Below, one piece after another: positions 44,464-61,877 of a DNA stretch of 64,000 nucleotides; position 1 is the stretch's first letter, and each line of letters begins with the position of its first letter. Below the pieces are notes generated by a model. That model worked only from the letters and a program-made list of their open reading frames with translations. It was not told where the DNA came from and did not search any database. The stretch is from Eledone cirrhosa (taxonomy: Eukaryota): NCBI GenBank assembly GCA_964016885.1, contig OZ024740.1, positions 164,300,001 to 164,364,000 on the forward strand, in the 5' to 3' direction. The position numbers and the translations under genes are program-made.

Positions 44464-45099
44464 GTATACACACACCACTCTACGTGTATATGTATGCATA
44501 TGTGTGTGCATGCGTGTGTAAAAGAATAGCGAACGACAAAGTCGGACACTCAATAGTCAAAGTGAAACAGACACAGTTATACTCAGGAATATAATATACA
44601 CATAACATACATATTGCTATTGCATGCAGGTATTCTCTTAATACGAAAACTGAGCTGCTTGGTATCGAACTCTGGAGGGAAATGGGATGCTATAAGGACT
44701 GTAATGCGACGATGGTATCATGGTAATTACAGTGGTGACATCTTTGATGCATGAGTCAGCTATTCACCAAAAGATGCCACGTCTGCTGTACGGAACAACA
44801 AGGAGGAAATGCATTTCCTAATATATTCAGCTTCAGATATGAAAAATTTGATATTTATGTATGTACATAGTATCATGCTTTTATATACGGATTTATCTGC
44901 GTGTAGTTTACCTCTGTGTAGGTTTGTGTATGTATGTATGTATGTATGTATGTATGTATGTATGTATGTATGTATGTATGTATGTATGCATGTATGTATG
45001 TATGTATGTATGTATGTATGCATGTGAGAGAGAGCGCGCATATATTTGTATATGGTAGTGTATGTGGATGCGTGTACATAAGAATGTATGTATATATTC

Positions 45100-45167
<68 letters not shown>

Positions 45168-45196
45168 ACACACAGACACACACACACACACACGCG

Positions 45197-45228
<32 letters not shown>

Positions 45229-45244
45229 CACACACACACACACG

Positions 45245-45275
<31 letters not shown>

Positions 45276-45297
45276 GTATATAAATGTATATACACGC

Positions 45298-45343
<46 letters not shown>

Positions 45344-45494
45344 GTGCATATATGTGTATAAGCGTTATTTATTTATTATTCTGAAAATGATACGAGAAAC
45401 TCGGAGTGACAATTTGTGAAGTTTCAGCTTCCAGCTCTGCACGCACATACACTGGCGTGGCACACACAGACACACAGGCATACACACACGCACG

Positions 45495-45585
<91 letters not shown>

Positions 45586-45614
45586 GCACATATATGTATA
45601 CACGCACATATATT

Positions 45615-45649
<35 letters not shown>

Positions 45650-46890
45650 GAAATTTATACATATATATAATGTTTAGCTCTTTTCAGGTATGTTCAAAAT
45701 TACACATACATACACACATATATAAACATACACATATATATATATATGTGTGTTTATATGTATATCAAATATATCTATACACTCCTACATAATCCCATAC
45801 ATAATCTCATAACTACATAGAAATATGCAACCATACCCTCACACACACACATACTCATACTGATACACACCACACACACATATATATTGATGTATTACTA
45901 CAATGAAACATTCTCTTTTACTAAACTCGCTTAACTGACTTCATCCAATGAACGCATTAATTCTTCTTCTTTCCCTGCTGATCAACGGATTCAACCTTCA
46001 TTCCCGATGTGATTACAATAACTGAACTATGACCTCAGCGTCTTGAATCTGTTCCAGACGAACCTCAGTTCGTCTTTCCTCTCCTGGCGTGTTTCCGCAA
46101 ATCATTTCCCCTGCTCACTAAAATGTCATTTATCAATTTAATTTTTATCTACTTTTAATCGTTCTCATCCTGGTTTTAGGATTATGTTGTTACGAGATGG
46201 ACCATGTCTGGCCTAAGATGATAACCACTGATCAATTGATGGATAAACAGACATCACTTTCTTACTCTGTCTCTTTCTCTCTCCCTTATCTTCCTGCTCT
46301 TTCTTTTCAGCAAATCGTACATTCTGCTTCCTATTCCTAATTCTTTATGAAACCTAAATCTCCATCTGTCCTCCTGTACCTCTCTCTCTACCATCTCTCT
46401 TTCTATTTCCTTTATAATTCTATTTCTGTTCCTCTCACTGCCATCTCTTACATCCTACATCTTATATATAATCCTCTCCGTTTCGTTCTTTCCTTTTAAA
46501 CCCTAATCTCTCCAGCCCGACCTCTTCATTCACCATCTAGATGAATTGCCAAATCACAGAATATGAAACCAAAATGAAATAAATGTGTGTAGAATACTAA
46601 CTATTTGAATTCCGACTATTGAAACGAAATAACAAGTGTTTATAATAATATTTACACTTAAATGCATCGACACAGTCAATCTATATGCATATTCAATTTA
46701 TATATAAATTGTCATTTTCATACTTACTTCGAATACGGGGAAGACCGCAAATCAAGGGACTACTCGATGCAGGTATGGTTGCAAAGTTTAATGACTTACA
46801 TTTAACGAGGTAGGATAAAGAGCCAAATTGGAGAGAGCTCACCTTTGGGATTATACTTTCTCTCTCTCCCTCTCTCTCCCCCCTCTCTAT

Positions 46891-46965
<75 letters not shown>

Positions 46966-47379
46966 AGATCAAAATATGGTTAAAAGAGTTCCATGTATTT
47001 TATTATGCGCATTTTTTTATGCGCATATATATATATATATATTGTCGTCTGGGAAAGGTAAAAGAGTAAAAAAGGTATATGCATATATATATATATAAAA
47101 GTTTGTATGTATGTTCTTCTGGTTTTATAATTTTATAAAATTTTACCAACAGAGAGAGCGAGAGAAAGAGAGAGATAGATAGAGAGAGAGAGAGTTGGTT
47201 TCTAACATAGATACAAGACTCTCTCATTGGAGTTTAAACATCAACTAGGTAGATATATCTGCATGTCTGCATGCATGTGTGTGCAGGTATGGATGTTATT
47301 GCATGTGTGGATGTGGATGTTTTGAGTTATGTGTGCATGTACATATGCTTTGTATCTGTACATGCAGTTTTTAGTTGCT

Positions 47380-47545
47380 GAATTTTGAAATGATTTACAT
47401 ATTTTTACTATTCCATTAATGGATTGTACTTGTAATGTACTAACTAGTTGGGTTCTTTCTGTTTCTGTGAAGCCCAGCTTCCCAAGATTTGTACTGAGGC
47501 AGTTACTAACATATCCCAGTGCCCCAATAATCACAGGTATAAATC
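47380..47545 (-). mobile_element. RLE-type (R2/R4/NeSL-like) non-LTR element C-terminal fragment
   Basis: IPVIIGALGYVSNCLSTNLGKLG...LQVQSINGIVKICKSF is the conserved end of the restriction-like endonuclease domain. Confidence 0.7.
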
Positions 47546-47579
47546 TGAGGGGATGTATGTATGTATATATGCATGCATG

Positions 47580-48100
47580 TCAGGTCGCTCCACGGTGCTA
47601 CTGTACATGGTTGGGTTGTCGGTGTCAAAAGTGGCAACCACACTATGCCTGCTTGGTGAGGAGGAGGATTTTGGGGCCCCTGTGGCATGGAAAACAAAAC
47701 CCGTCAAAAGGCGGATTAACTCAAGGGAGTCAATGGCCATCCAATAATGTTTTTTTTGTGGAGCGAAAGATTCCCTGTCTTCATTAAGACATCTCTCTAA
47801 GAGAAGGTCCCTCTGATATATAAACTGCGACTTCGTTTGCATCCAATGATGTAAGCCAGTTCTTCGTTTTGGGTAAATTCATTTGATGCTCGGAGAGAGG
47901 CATTAACTCCGTGCAAAGCTGTTCCTCACATTAAACCGCTCCAAGCACTGACATCGTTTGATATGTGACAGTTTTTTGTGATGCATGGCTTTGCTAACCA
48001 TAGATAAGTCGCTATCAGGACTGAATAGCCACGTTCGTGATGCCCATGATTAAGTATCATTGGATGGCATTACTGGAAATCGAGTTGCGGCCATATGACA
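47580..48100 (-). mobile_element. Probable decayed RTE-related 5'/endonuclease fragment
   Basis: GC-richer block with a minus-strand FNVR remnant (like WNVRT). No clean ORF. Confidence 0.3.
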
Positions 48101-48229
48101 GTTGTACACCACTGCTTCAGCTGGAATCCTCTAGACGGCGTTAGCAATCAGCCTCTCAATATTCATAGCTAGAAAGCTTTCCAAATGTTTATTTTTAAAC
48201 ATACCGTATATCATTAGATATAGGAAATT

Positions 48230-48502
48230 CCCATAGTTATATGTATACAGCTCTGTCGGAGCAAAAATTTAAATTCTACTTTAAGCCGAGCCGCCTTATA
48301 TAGCTCAATATGCAAATGCGGCTAAGCAGCCCATCTACATAAGCAAAAAAACTATATATTTTCGCCAGTTTCAAATACCAACAGGGAGCAAGGGAAGCAC
48401 TGTTCTGGTGAGACCTAGAGCCAGAAATTCGCATTGAGAGTTGTCCCCCACAGCTTCTGCTGCACTCAGGCAGACGGCCCTAGCCGCTAGCCTTTTAATG
48501 TG
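48230..48502 (-). mobile_element. Possible SINE-like insert between about 65-bp direct repeats
   Basis: Direct repeats at 48164-48230 and 48503-48569. The minus strand starts GGCTAGCGGCTAGGGCCGTCTGCC...GGGGACAACTCTCA, which resembles a tRNA head. Confidence 0.4.
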
Positions 48503-48747
48503 CATAGCTAGAAGGCTTTCCAAATGTTTATTTATAAACATACCGTATGTCATTAGATATACGAAATTCACACACACCCACACCCACACACCCACACATA
48601 CATATATTTATATATATATATATAGAGAGAGATATGTATATATATCTGCACGTGCGTGTGTGTAGTATCAACGAAAATGCAAACAGAAAAACAGTTACAT
48701 ACGCCGAACAGACAACTACTTCTCTAGGCTTCTTCAATTACTTATAA

Positions 48748-48788
<41 letters not shown>

Positions 48789-48802
48789 CATATATATATA
48801 CA

Positions 48803-48885
<83 letters not shown>

Positions 48886-48916
48886 GGGAGGGTGCGTGTA
48901 TCTATATATGTGCATA

Positions 48917-48987
<71 letters not shown>

Positions 48988-49738
48988 CACATCTATACAT
49001 ACATATATGCACGAGTGTATGTTTTCGGAAATAGAAATAATATAAGATTCTCTGCAAACTGATATCAGTTATAAGGAGACTTAAACTCGTTTATCAAACA
49101 TTTCAGATTCTTCTCCATCTCTCCAATATGTACACTGATCGCTTCGGGCCTACGTAAGCCGTATGACGTCACCTTTCATTGAGATGTCACCTAATGACGT
49201 ATTGCAAAACCACCACTACCACCACCACAACAACAATAATAGCAAATATGGACAACATCAACAACATCAATCTTGCAATAGAATCAAATCTGAGTCATTC
49301 CGCAGAGAAAAGTTTTGAGATACATTCCAACGTCAGTATTTTTATTCTTCGAAATATTTTAGAACTAAATACAAGCGGAATATTATGACACTGTTTAAGT
49401 ATACACAGGCACATGCATACACGCACATACGTGTTCAGACACATACTCACATGCACACATGCACAAGGATTCTCTGTACACAGACAGACACACACACACA
49501 TTTCTATACCCATGCATACACAGACACACGCACCCCTCCCTCTCTCTCTCTCTCACACACACACCCATATATATATATATACTGAGGCACATGTAAATTC
49601 CCCTTCATGGAAATATACGCACAAATATACATGCACCGACACTGTTTTCTGCTACACAAACCTACTCTGACTGACTGCCCATTCCTTCTGCCGATTATCC
49701 TCTCTGCAGAGAGAGAGGGAGAGAGAGCAAGAGAGAGC

Positions 49739-49769
<31 letters not shown>

Positions 49770-49770
49770 C

Positions 49771-49834
<64 letters not shown>

Positions 49835-49922
49835 ACGTAATATGACAGCTGCAACTTGATAACGTCTGTCTTCCCCATTTGGTCGCTATTGCGGTCCGGT
49901 AGCGAAAACCGAGATTGGGAGG

Positions 49923-49952
49923 ATGGGTGGTCTGATTTGCCGAATTTGGAGG
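49923..49952 (+). CDS. Candidate first coding exon MGGLICRIWR
   Basis: AGGATGG start context and a consensus donor G|GTGAGT at 49953. It sits in a CpG-containing unique sequence right after a 120-bp (GA)n tract. Confidence 0.45.
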
Positions 49953-50080
49953 GTGAGTATGTTTCGGTTTGGCAGGAGTCATAAGTACAGTTTAGAGTTC
50001 GGTTTACGGTGTTTGTTGTGGGTTTGGAAACTGATTGGAGCAATAACGTTCTTATTTGCGTATGTATATATATATATATT

Positions 50081-50162
<82 letters not shown>

Positions 50163-50207
50163 TAAAAAAACGAAAAAATCAGTGATGCATCTGGACTCAA
50201 TTTATTG

Positions 50208-50298
50208 CGTGTTACAATTGTTTCGCAGGCAGATAGCTCGAGACATGGTCCCTGTATGGATCTGGCTGATTCTACGGCTGCAGTTTCCTTCAGACACG
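50208..50298 (-). ncRNA. Hammerhead-like motif with extended stem II
   Basis: Minus: CGTGT-CTGAAG-gaaact-GCAG...CTGC-GAA-ACAATTGT-A-ACACG. Perfect stem I, palindromic stem III, irregular junction after G8. Confidence 0.6.
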
Positions 50299-50420
50299 GG
50301 TAGTTCGTTCGGAGCAAATTTTATCATATATATATATATGAATGGACCAGTTATTTTTATCTAAAGTCATTTTTACCAATTCCACCCCACCTCTCCCTTC
50401 AATCTATCTTATTTCTCATT

Positions 50421-50460
50421 CTTTCTACTGATGAAGGACTAGAGTCCGAAACGTTAAGAG
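50421..50460 (+). ncRNA. Minimal hammerhead, family C
   Basis: CTGATGA-a-GGAC-taga-GTCC-GAAACGTT-A-agag. Stem I is imperfect. Confidence 0.65.
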
Positions 50461-50556
50461 CCTCTTCCTGCTATTGCAAGCGTTAACCTAATATATTCCT
50501 TCCATATACTGTACCGATTGTGTTGTTTTTCTGTTTACCTTTTACACACACACACA

Positions 50557-50600
<44 letters not shown>

Positions 50601-50604
<4 letters not shown>

Positions 50605-50769
50605 AACCAGTAAGACCCCGACAGCTGAGCTCAAGCCGTTTCGACGCGAAACGGCTTGAGCTCAGCTGTCGGGGTCTTACTGGTTCCTATTACCCACTCT
50701 ACTACCTCAAGTATTGAGTACTTTGGTGCGTTATGGTCCACCTGGTTCCTTACCACATTTCCTTCGTTA
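50601..50769. mobile_element. Fold-back cassette family A, copy 3
   Basis: Palindrome centred at about 50645 (gtttcg-acg-cgaaac), with (TA)n on both sides. Confidence 0.75.
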
Positions 50770-51119
50770 TATATATATATATATATAAGGTAAATTATAT
50801 AAGATGATGATACAACAGTATAAGGCATTCAGATATTTAAAACTCAAATGGTTTTTCTTTCAATATCCAGATTAGCGAAATGTAACACCAATTACCTCTG
50901 CACTAGCTTTAGTTCACCCAGCCTTAGCAATTAATATATTTTTATTTGATTTACACATACTTCAATCTCTAAAGGATGTTATTTCCAATACCTTTTCTAA
51001 AGAAATCATCAGAATCAATTATATATAACATATAAAAGTTATTTATTTACCGACCGTATGTGTGAATCATTGAAGCGGTGAAAATGTAAACAAGGTTTTT
51101 CGTTAAGATTAGGGAAGGT

Positions 51120-51204
51120 TAGAATTATTTAATTCGGTCATTACATGATGGAAGGCAGGAAGCTGAATTAGGTGCAAGAATTGCACGGGCTGGTTCAGTA
51201 ATGC
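51120..51204 (+). mobile_element. Short RTE fragment
   Basis: DGRQEAELGARIARAGSVM is homologous to 24158-24217. Confidence 0.6.
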
Positions 51205-51260
51205 ACACACACGCAGACACAAACACACACACACGCACACACACGCACACACACGCAGAC

Positions 51261-51358
<98 letters not shown>

Positions 51359-54300
51359 GGTGTTCGTCCCAAGGGTCTTTGGAGTAACGTTACTAAAAAC
51401 ATGTTGTGTGTCTGAGAAATGTCCCTGACTGAGGAATAATGCGAATAAGACCTCCAAAAATTACTATAATATAGCGAGACACAAACTTATGTGACATATT
51501 TCCAGGATGTGAACACTCTATTGTATTTCCTATTTAACATATTGAAAACGACTCAATATATGATATTGCTCTTTAAAGCAGCGGTTGCCTATTTTGATCA
51601 GTTTAAACAACGACGTGCGTTTTCGCTGATAATCTACCATATAGGATTGTTAGTAACTTTGTTATCCCTCAAATTTCATACGTATTGGGAAAAAAGATTT
51701 GGAATTGATTCCGACTCTGGTTCTAGGTTTTACCACATGTAAGGATTGTGATTTACAGACAGGGATATATGAAATTGAAAATTTATGGCACTCAGTCTAA
51801 TTTGAACCCAGAATGTAAAGGGGTAACATCTACTGTTAAAAACATTTCTGCTTTTTCATTGCATTAAGAATCAAATAACTTCCACATCAAAAACTACGTT
51901 TAAACTAAATGTATACACATGGAACAGTCATTTTAATGTTTCGTTATCAATTACGATCACCTTTGACATCTATCGATCTCTTAGAAATACGTATTTGCCA
52001 AAATCCCCATACTACACCCTACTGTCTTAAAAAGGGAATGATATACTGGATAGTGTTCTGGATGCACACTCCCTACAAAAAGGAAGAGATAGTTCCCTCT
52101 TGAATACCATTGATTATAAATCTACAGGATTAGAGATGAGTTGAGGCTAAGGAATAATAAGTTCAACAAAAATATCACATAAATCCCACATAAATAAACT
52201 GAGAAAACCCTTGAAAACTATTTTACTGAATGGCACGACACAATAGTAGCACTGAAAAGATAAGCACTGACAACTATTAAGCTGAGTAACATGCTTATGA
52301 CATGTTATTACGCTTCAAACCCAAATATTCATAAACTGTCATATCTAGTGCAAATTCTAAGCCACCAACCAACAAATACATATAGATATACCTTTTATAC
52401 TATCATAATGCAATGAAAAACATCGCCTCGAAGACTAGTTTAAGTTTCGCATTTCAAGATGAAAATAGCTTTCTGACAATTCATTTACGTATAGAGACAA
52501 GGTTTGGTCTTCGTCACCAAACAAAACGACAATGAAGAAATGCTAACAGGTTTGAATACAAAGTAGCAACACGAACAAATATTTCTATACAAATTCTAAG
52601 AGGTAAAAGTTTCAATACAAACCACCTAAGGTAAAAGATGCTTAACCTGAGGCGTTTTCTGTAGATTTCATTCTATATACAAATTTCAGAAATTACTAAT
52701 AAATAATGCGCTTATGGTGGTGGAGTAAGTATAATCTAAACGGATGGAGATTGTGCTTGAGGAATGGAAACACGTGATGCGGTTTTGTCGTCAACAATTT
52801 ATCTTCGCAATGATTGCCTCAGGGTGCTTTTCATTCACGAAATTCGACTCAAATGACCTTTCCGTTGCGTGCTACGAATATATTACTGAGATATATTATG
52901 TGTAGCATTCAAATATTCTGATGTTGATAATGATTCTGATGATAGTAGATGGGATATGAAATGAAGTTATGGTAATGATGGTTATTCCTATGATCTTCAT
53001 TGTGAACATTACTAGGATTATGGTTATAACCAGCATTATGATACAACCGAGAATAATAGAATACTCTAAAAAATGATATTGATCATGTAAATGTAAAAAA
53101 AGTACACAAATCATTCAAAGGAAAAAAAGACAAAAAGAAACATATATATAAAACAACAGAAAATCTCTGTTGAATTGATAACTCACACTTGTAGATATGT
53201 CATTCAATATCTATTATATTCTTTGGAGAGTAATAGTTGTTGCAATTACATCGTTTTGACCATCTGAGATGAATGGGGTTAATCGTCGATTAGAGTGAGC
53301 TAAATATTTAGTTTTTATTTATTTCGCATGATATAAAATTGTATTCGTCATTTGTTATTGTCATTCTCCATGTCAAACATGGCCAATGTCATTCCAGCCA
53401 TGACCATCTCGTCTTCTTAAAGGTGTCAAGCAATATGACAGTAGTCTGTAAAGTGAAAATTCGTTTGTTATTTGTAGCCACCGAGAGGCTTTTTTATTTT
53501 TTAATGAGGTGCAAAACACTATATATTTTAAAGAATGGAGGCAATGGGATATATGTCTTTCATGCATCTCCACAAAATGTCGTCGTCAGTAACTCGACTG
53601 GTAAATATTGCATCTCTCTTAGAAGGATGAAAGGCAAAGTCGACTTCTGCGCGTTCTTATTTCAGAACTTAAAGAGAGGTAACTAAATATCGCAGTAGAT
53701 TTTTGTCCATGGCTATTCCAATTTAGGGAATCCACCGCCATAGTATGATAACATAATAAATATTCTTAAGAAAGAATGTTAGAAGAGAGATTAAATTCAA
53801 TTTCATCAACAGCAGAATATTACTGGTACCTAGTTTAACAACGTTTGAGGGACCATTTTGTCCCTCAATAATGGGAAGATGGGAAAGGCAAAACCTGAGA
53901 TATTCATCATTCTACTAGTTTTGCCGAATTATATGAGAATTATATGTAACAAGATCGGACGGACTATCTAAGATAAATCTCCAAGGAACAAGTGTGAGGA
54001 AAGAAAAGCTGGAGCAGACGGAGGAAGTGACAACATAGATGAGTGAGCGGGAAAGAATTTTGCCACAGCCCAAGAACTCTCCCATGACCGCTAGAGTTGT
54101 GGCAGTTGGTGCAGCGTTCAACACTGCAGTGTCCCAACGACCCTGAAAGATTAAGGGTCCATGATGAAGAAGAAAATATGAGGACACATATGTGCCAAGT
54201 AAAATTATGAAGTTGTAATTCTATAAATTCATAATCAAATTACACTTTTCATCGTAGGGTTTTTTTTTTTGTATTTTTCTTGTCAGTTTATAGAGACATC

Positions 54301-55681
54301 GCGAGCGAGTGATTTCAAATTCGAATGTGTGTTCCACACATCTGGTTTCAGCAAATAACGCAACTACACCCAGCTTTAGCTAACAGCATTGAAAATGATC
54401 TAGTTTCTTTATTGCTACATTATCGGTATGAGTTCTAATCTTACCATGGATTATATTGTTTTTCATTCTTACACGTCCGATAAAATGTCTACTTGCAATG
54501 CAATGGAATCGTTACAAAATTTAAATTAACCGTAGGCATGATATCGATTTCTTTATGAAATACTAAATATTGTAATTTTGGTTCATTAGATTGATGCACT
54601 ATTTTCAGTTACTAAAGCACTGTACTTTTCGGGTTTTAATTATGTACGATACATTCAATCGCTTGCACATTTTAACACTTCTATCTGGGTCGCTTTCATG
54701 AAGTTCATTGTTGCATTCATTCAGACGAAATCAGCGGTCTGAGGATAACTTCATTTCCTCCTTCAAAGGCCTCGGAAAAGGTTCATGAACGTTGCCCTTC
54801 CCTTTCTGATTAAGCAATAAAATAAAACAAGAATTACTAAAACTGCTGAAAATGAAACTCCAGCATGTTAAGGAACACAGGCTATTGGAATTATATTCAT
54901 CTTTGTGAAGAATCATGATATTACATTCTGTCTGTAACAAATTCTCCTTCGAAAGCAATCTGGTGCAAAGAAACAGTCATATCGGTTCTATGAAGAACAG
55001 TCACCCAATCAATATCTTTATAACTTTGTCGGACCTTACAAATCATGCAACAAAAGATAAAAATATTGAAACCTTTCCAAATTATTTCACCAAAAGTCCC
55101 TAGGTTAATATTTCCCCTTTTCCCTTCTTTTCCTACATTATTTTTATTTTTAAGAAGGCACTGAATTTATAAAAAAGGATTTTTTTACCCAATATTGCTT
55201 AAGGTTAAATTAGATGAAGAATGATTAACAAATACTTTGAGAGTAGATGATGTCACACATTCTGAACTCGACCTCAGATATCAATCTTATTCAACCATCT
55301 ATGTATTTATTAACACAACACCGCCAAAATATCGCATGAATGCACATAACAGCTATGTGTTGTTCTTTTGTGATATTGCTGATAGTTATCGTGCTTTATG
55401 TTATTATTTAAGCCGAAAGCAGTACATTGGAATGGCAGGTATGGTAGAATTAGGAGTATTAGGTGTCTTACTTAAAAATTATTCAGAATTTGAGTGGAAC
55501 GAGAAACGTTCAAAGCTTCATGAATCTCTTTCCCGAAGAAAGTGAAAAAGATATTGTCATAATGAATTCGTCTTATAAAGCAAATTCATCTCGGCTTTAA
55601 AACACTTCACATTAATTCGCTTCTCATTTAGTTGATATATCTATCAAAGCACTCTCTTCTCACACATGAGTTTTGGCTAAC

Positions 55682-56370
<689 letters not shown>

Positions 56371-56828
56371 CTGTGAATGTAAATCACGAAGATAGACTGA
56401 ATATCTACAAAACTAAAAAAATAAAAAGCACAACAAAGTCTAACCGTAGAATAGCTACATAATATAGGAGAGCAAAAGCACGAACCAGGTAACATAACAT
56501 AGAAATATCTAAATAAAAGGTAACATGAGGTAGAGTTAAGTATAGGAATCGCTAAAGATAGTAATCCTGAATATGGCAATATAATATATCTGGGAATAAT
56601 TAAAGAATTTAAAGCAAGTTAGAGTTCGTTATGAGTCTCTTTTTTATAAAAGGATGCCACAGAGTGTACGATAGATAATGATTACAATATTTTGGAGCAA
56701 CAACTCTAGTCCCACACCTTTGAAGGTTTATTATAACATTCTGTGGCTCTTTTGAGCTTGCGCATTTTTTAGGTCTAAACGAGAGAAAATGTTTGGAAGG
56801 AATATTGTAAACTCAGAAACTGACTAAA

Positions 56829-57993
<1,165 letters not shown>

Positions 57994-59276
57994 TTAATAT
58001 ATAAAACAGCAGTAAGTATAAAAAGGTAAAGTAATAAGTTATAGTCATTATATTCTCCATTAAGAATGAACTAGCGAAATGAAATAGCGTGCCTAGGCTG
58101 AAAAATAAGAAAAATAAGGACTACACCACACAAAATTTGCAACAGGATACATATATACCTAAAAACTAAACTAAAAAAGTGTTATAGCCTATTCACAACA
58201 GAATTATAAAATTATCTAGTAAAGAATAACTAATTCAAATAGTTGCAAAACACGAAAGAAATAGAACAGAAAATAATTTCTTGGTTTCAAAGAAGCTGAA
58301 AAAATAATTTTCGGCGAAATGAGAGATAGTTTTGAGAAGAAGCAATAAAAGAAATTATTAAAAAGCTAAATCCTAAACAAAAATGGTCTAATGAATGTCA
58401 TGAAAATAAAGGCCCTTATATGGCTTTTAGCAGAAAAACAACAACAAATCACCAGCAAATATAGACCAAAGTAAAAATAAAACAGGGCGGAATAGAAAAC
58501 ACAAAATGACAGTCATCTGAAACTTATAGTATATAAAGGTGAGACTGAAGGATAACTGATTTTTTACAGGATCAAAGCCTTGACCTCAGAAACCACAAAA
58601 AAACAGATAGTCAAATAAAATATACTAGGTGACCGTGACACACAGAGAGAGAGAGAGAGAGAGATAGAGAGAGAGAGAGGTGGGGGAGAGAGAGAGAGAA
58701 AGAAAGGGAGAGTGTGTGAGAGAGAGGGATAGGAAGAGAAAGATAGGGAGAGAGAGCTTATTGACTGACTAAGCGCACAATGCAAATATGAGTTTTGTCC
58801 AACAGGTTGTCGTTTAGTTTCGCCATACAATACAGTACCAACTTCTTATAATCCGGTAGAGGGTAGCAACATTTCTACCTCTCATTTTCGTTTCAGGCCT
58901 GTGAAGGCCCTCTACCAATGGTATATGTGGCAAGTCCATACTGGAGAAAATTTGCAAGCTCCATCTAAAATAAATTTGTAAGATCACGATTGAAAGTAAC
59001 TCTAGATTTATGAATTAAATATCCTTCAATGAACTCATCCACAAAAGAAGGCTTGTGGGTTACATTTTCTCACGTGCTTTATAGTATAAACATAGAGATA
59101 TGTAGATGAAGTAGAAATCAATATTCGTTAGACATCGTAATTAGGGATTTGTTAAAATACGCCGCAAATTGTATCTCTTTTAAAGCAGCGAGTGAGGAAA
59201 TTGCATGATGAGAAGATACGAAATGACACACCCTCGGGCACACACACGCACATACCCCTACACACAAATACACACT

Positions 59277-59369
<93 letters not shown>

Positions 59370-59541
59370 TATATTATCCGTGTGTGCATGTGTGTGTGTG
59401 TGTGTGCAGGTGATGTATACGTACATACACTTGTACATTTATATATATGTGTGGTTATGTATTTAGGAATGAGTTTCTAAATAAATATCTCTACATATGA
59501 AAGATTATGTAAACACAGATATACATATATATTTATATACG

Positions 59542-59584
<43 letters not shown>

Positions 59585-59593
<9 letters not shown>

Positions 59594-60415
59594 AAACACA
59601 AAACGTGTTTTCATTGCAATAGACAAAGTTAGCTATTAATGAAATAAACTAATTAAAGTGAATACAATTTGTCTGTCTCGATATAAGTCAATAAAGACAA
59701 GCTTATATTGGCAAAGGCCGTGATTCCTGGACAAATTTAAATTTCAAAATCCAAACCCGCTCCGTAGATGAATTTGAACTTCGAAACCCAAATATGTTTC
59801 GCAACGATGGTACATGAATTGAAAAGTAAAGAGAATCGAAATGGAATTGAAATAAAAAGTGAAATATCCAAATCTTCTGTGCTTATCGACAGGAATCCAG
59901 TAAAATTAGAACATTTCATCATCAAAAATGTTGCAGGTCTGACTACACGTGTGTGTAGCCAGGCCAAAGTAGCCATCCCGCATTCCCGGTGCTAGAAATA
60001 ACAGTCGTTTATGCGGGATTAAAGATCAGCTCTACAGTTAAGGAGCAATATACTATATTACATTTTGAGATTAAACTCCTAGTCATTTACAATAAATTAG
60101 CTCCAAGAAAGGGGCATTTCCGAGCAGTTAAATATATATGATAAACACAAAACGTCTTTGCATTGCAACAGACAAAGATAGCTATTAATGAAATAAACTA
60201 ATTAAAGTGAATACAATTTGTCTGTCTCGATATAAGTCAATAAAGACAAGCTTATATTGGCAAAGGCCGTGATTCCTGGACAAATTTAAATTTCAAAATC
60301 CAAACCCGTTCCGTAGATGAATTTGAACTTCGAAACCCAAATATGTTTCGCAACGCTGGTACATGAATTGAAAAATAAAGAGAATCGAAATTGAATTGAA
60401 ATAAAAAGTGAAATA
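59585..60415. repeat. About 280-bp direct repeats (partial tandem pLTR-like)
   Basis: 59585-59867 repeats at 60134-60416. Minus copy 1 carries a decayed hammerhead (tcgataa-gcac...tgc-GAAAC). Related to 9866-10289. Confidence 0.8.
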
Positions 60416-60453
60416 TATATATGTATATATATATATATGTATATATATATATG

Positions 60454-60557
<104 letters not shown>

Positions 60558-60602
60558 CAGATATATATATACATATATATATATACATATATATATATAT
60601 AC

Positions 60603-60661
<59 letters not shown>

Positions 60662-60798
60662 CATATATATATACGTGAGTTAAAGTGTGTTTATATAAAT
60701 ACAGATATACATATATATTTATATACATATATGAATATATATATATATAATCCACGTATATATATATATATATATATATACGTGAATTAAAGTGTGTT

Positions 60799-60829
<31 letters not shown>

Positions 60830-60849
60830 TTATATCATATATATATATA

Positions 60850-61400
<551 letters not shown>

Positions 61401-61422
61401 ATATATATATATATACACACAC

Positions 61423-61485
<63 letters not shown>

Positions 61486-61846
61486 CACATATATATATAT
61501 ATATATATACATATATAAACACACTTTAATTCACGTAGCTGTTTAAAATTATATGGCTTCTATTTCTGTCGTTCTGTAACATTCATCAACGCAATTAATG
61601 TATTTTAGCCCCAGTTTCTGAACAAGATCCGATTTAAGTAAACAAAAAATGTATAATAAACAACACAGTATCAAACAAATAAGGAAACAAAATATGCAGA
61701 TGCAAATGTTTCATGCATAAGTAATATCCACACAAGCGCATTTGTAGATTTGCACACAAAACTTTTGCACTGTTTAATACGAATGGCACGAAAGAATAAA
61801 CACTTGCTAAACCGTTGTATGGTAATTTAAGTAAACCGCAGGCAGG

Positions 61847-61847
<1 letters not shown>

Positions 61848-61877
<30 letters not shown>

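Noticed and set aside
53920-54200. Purine-rich complex segment resembling an exon
   Set aside because: All three plus-strand frames contain stops and the minus ORF has no recognisable motif. It may be UTR or an old repeat.
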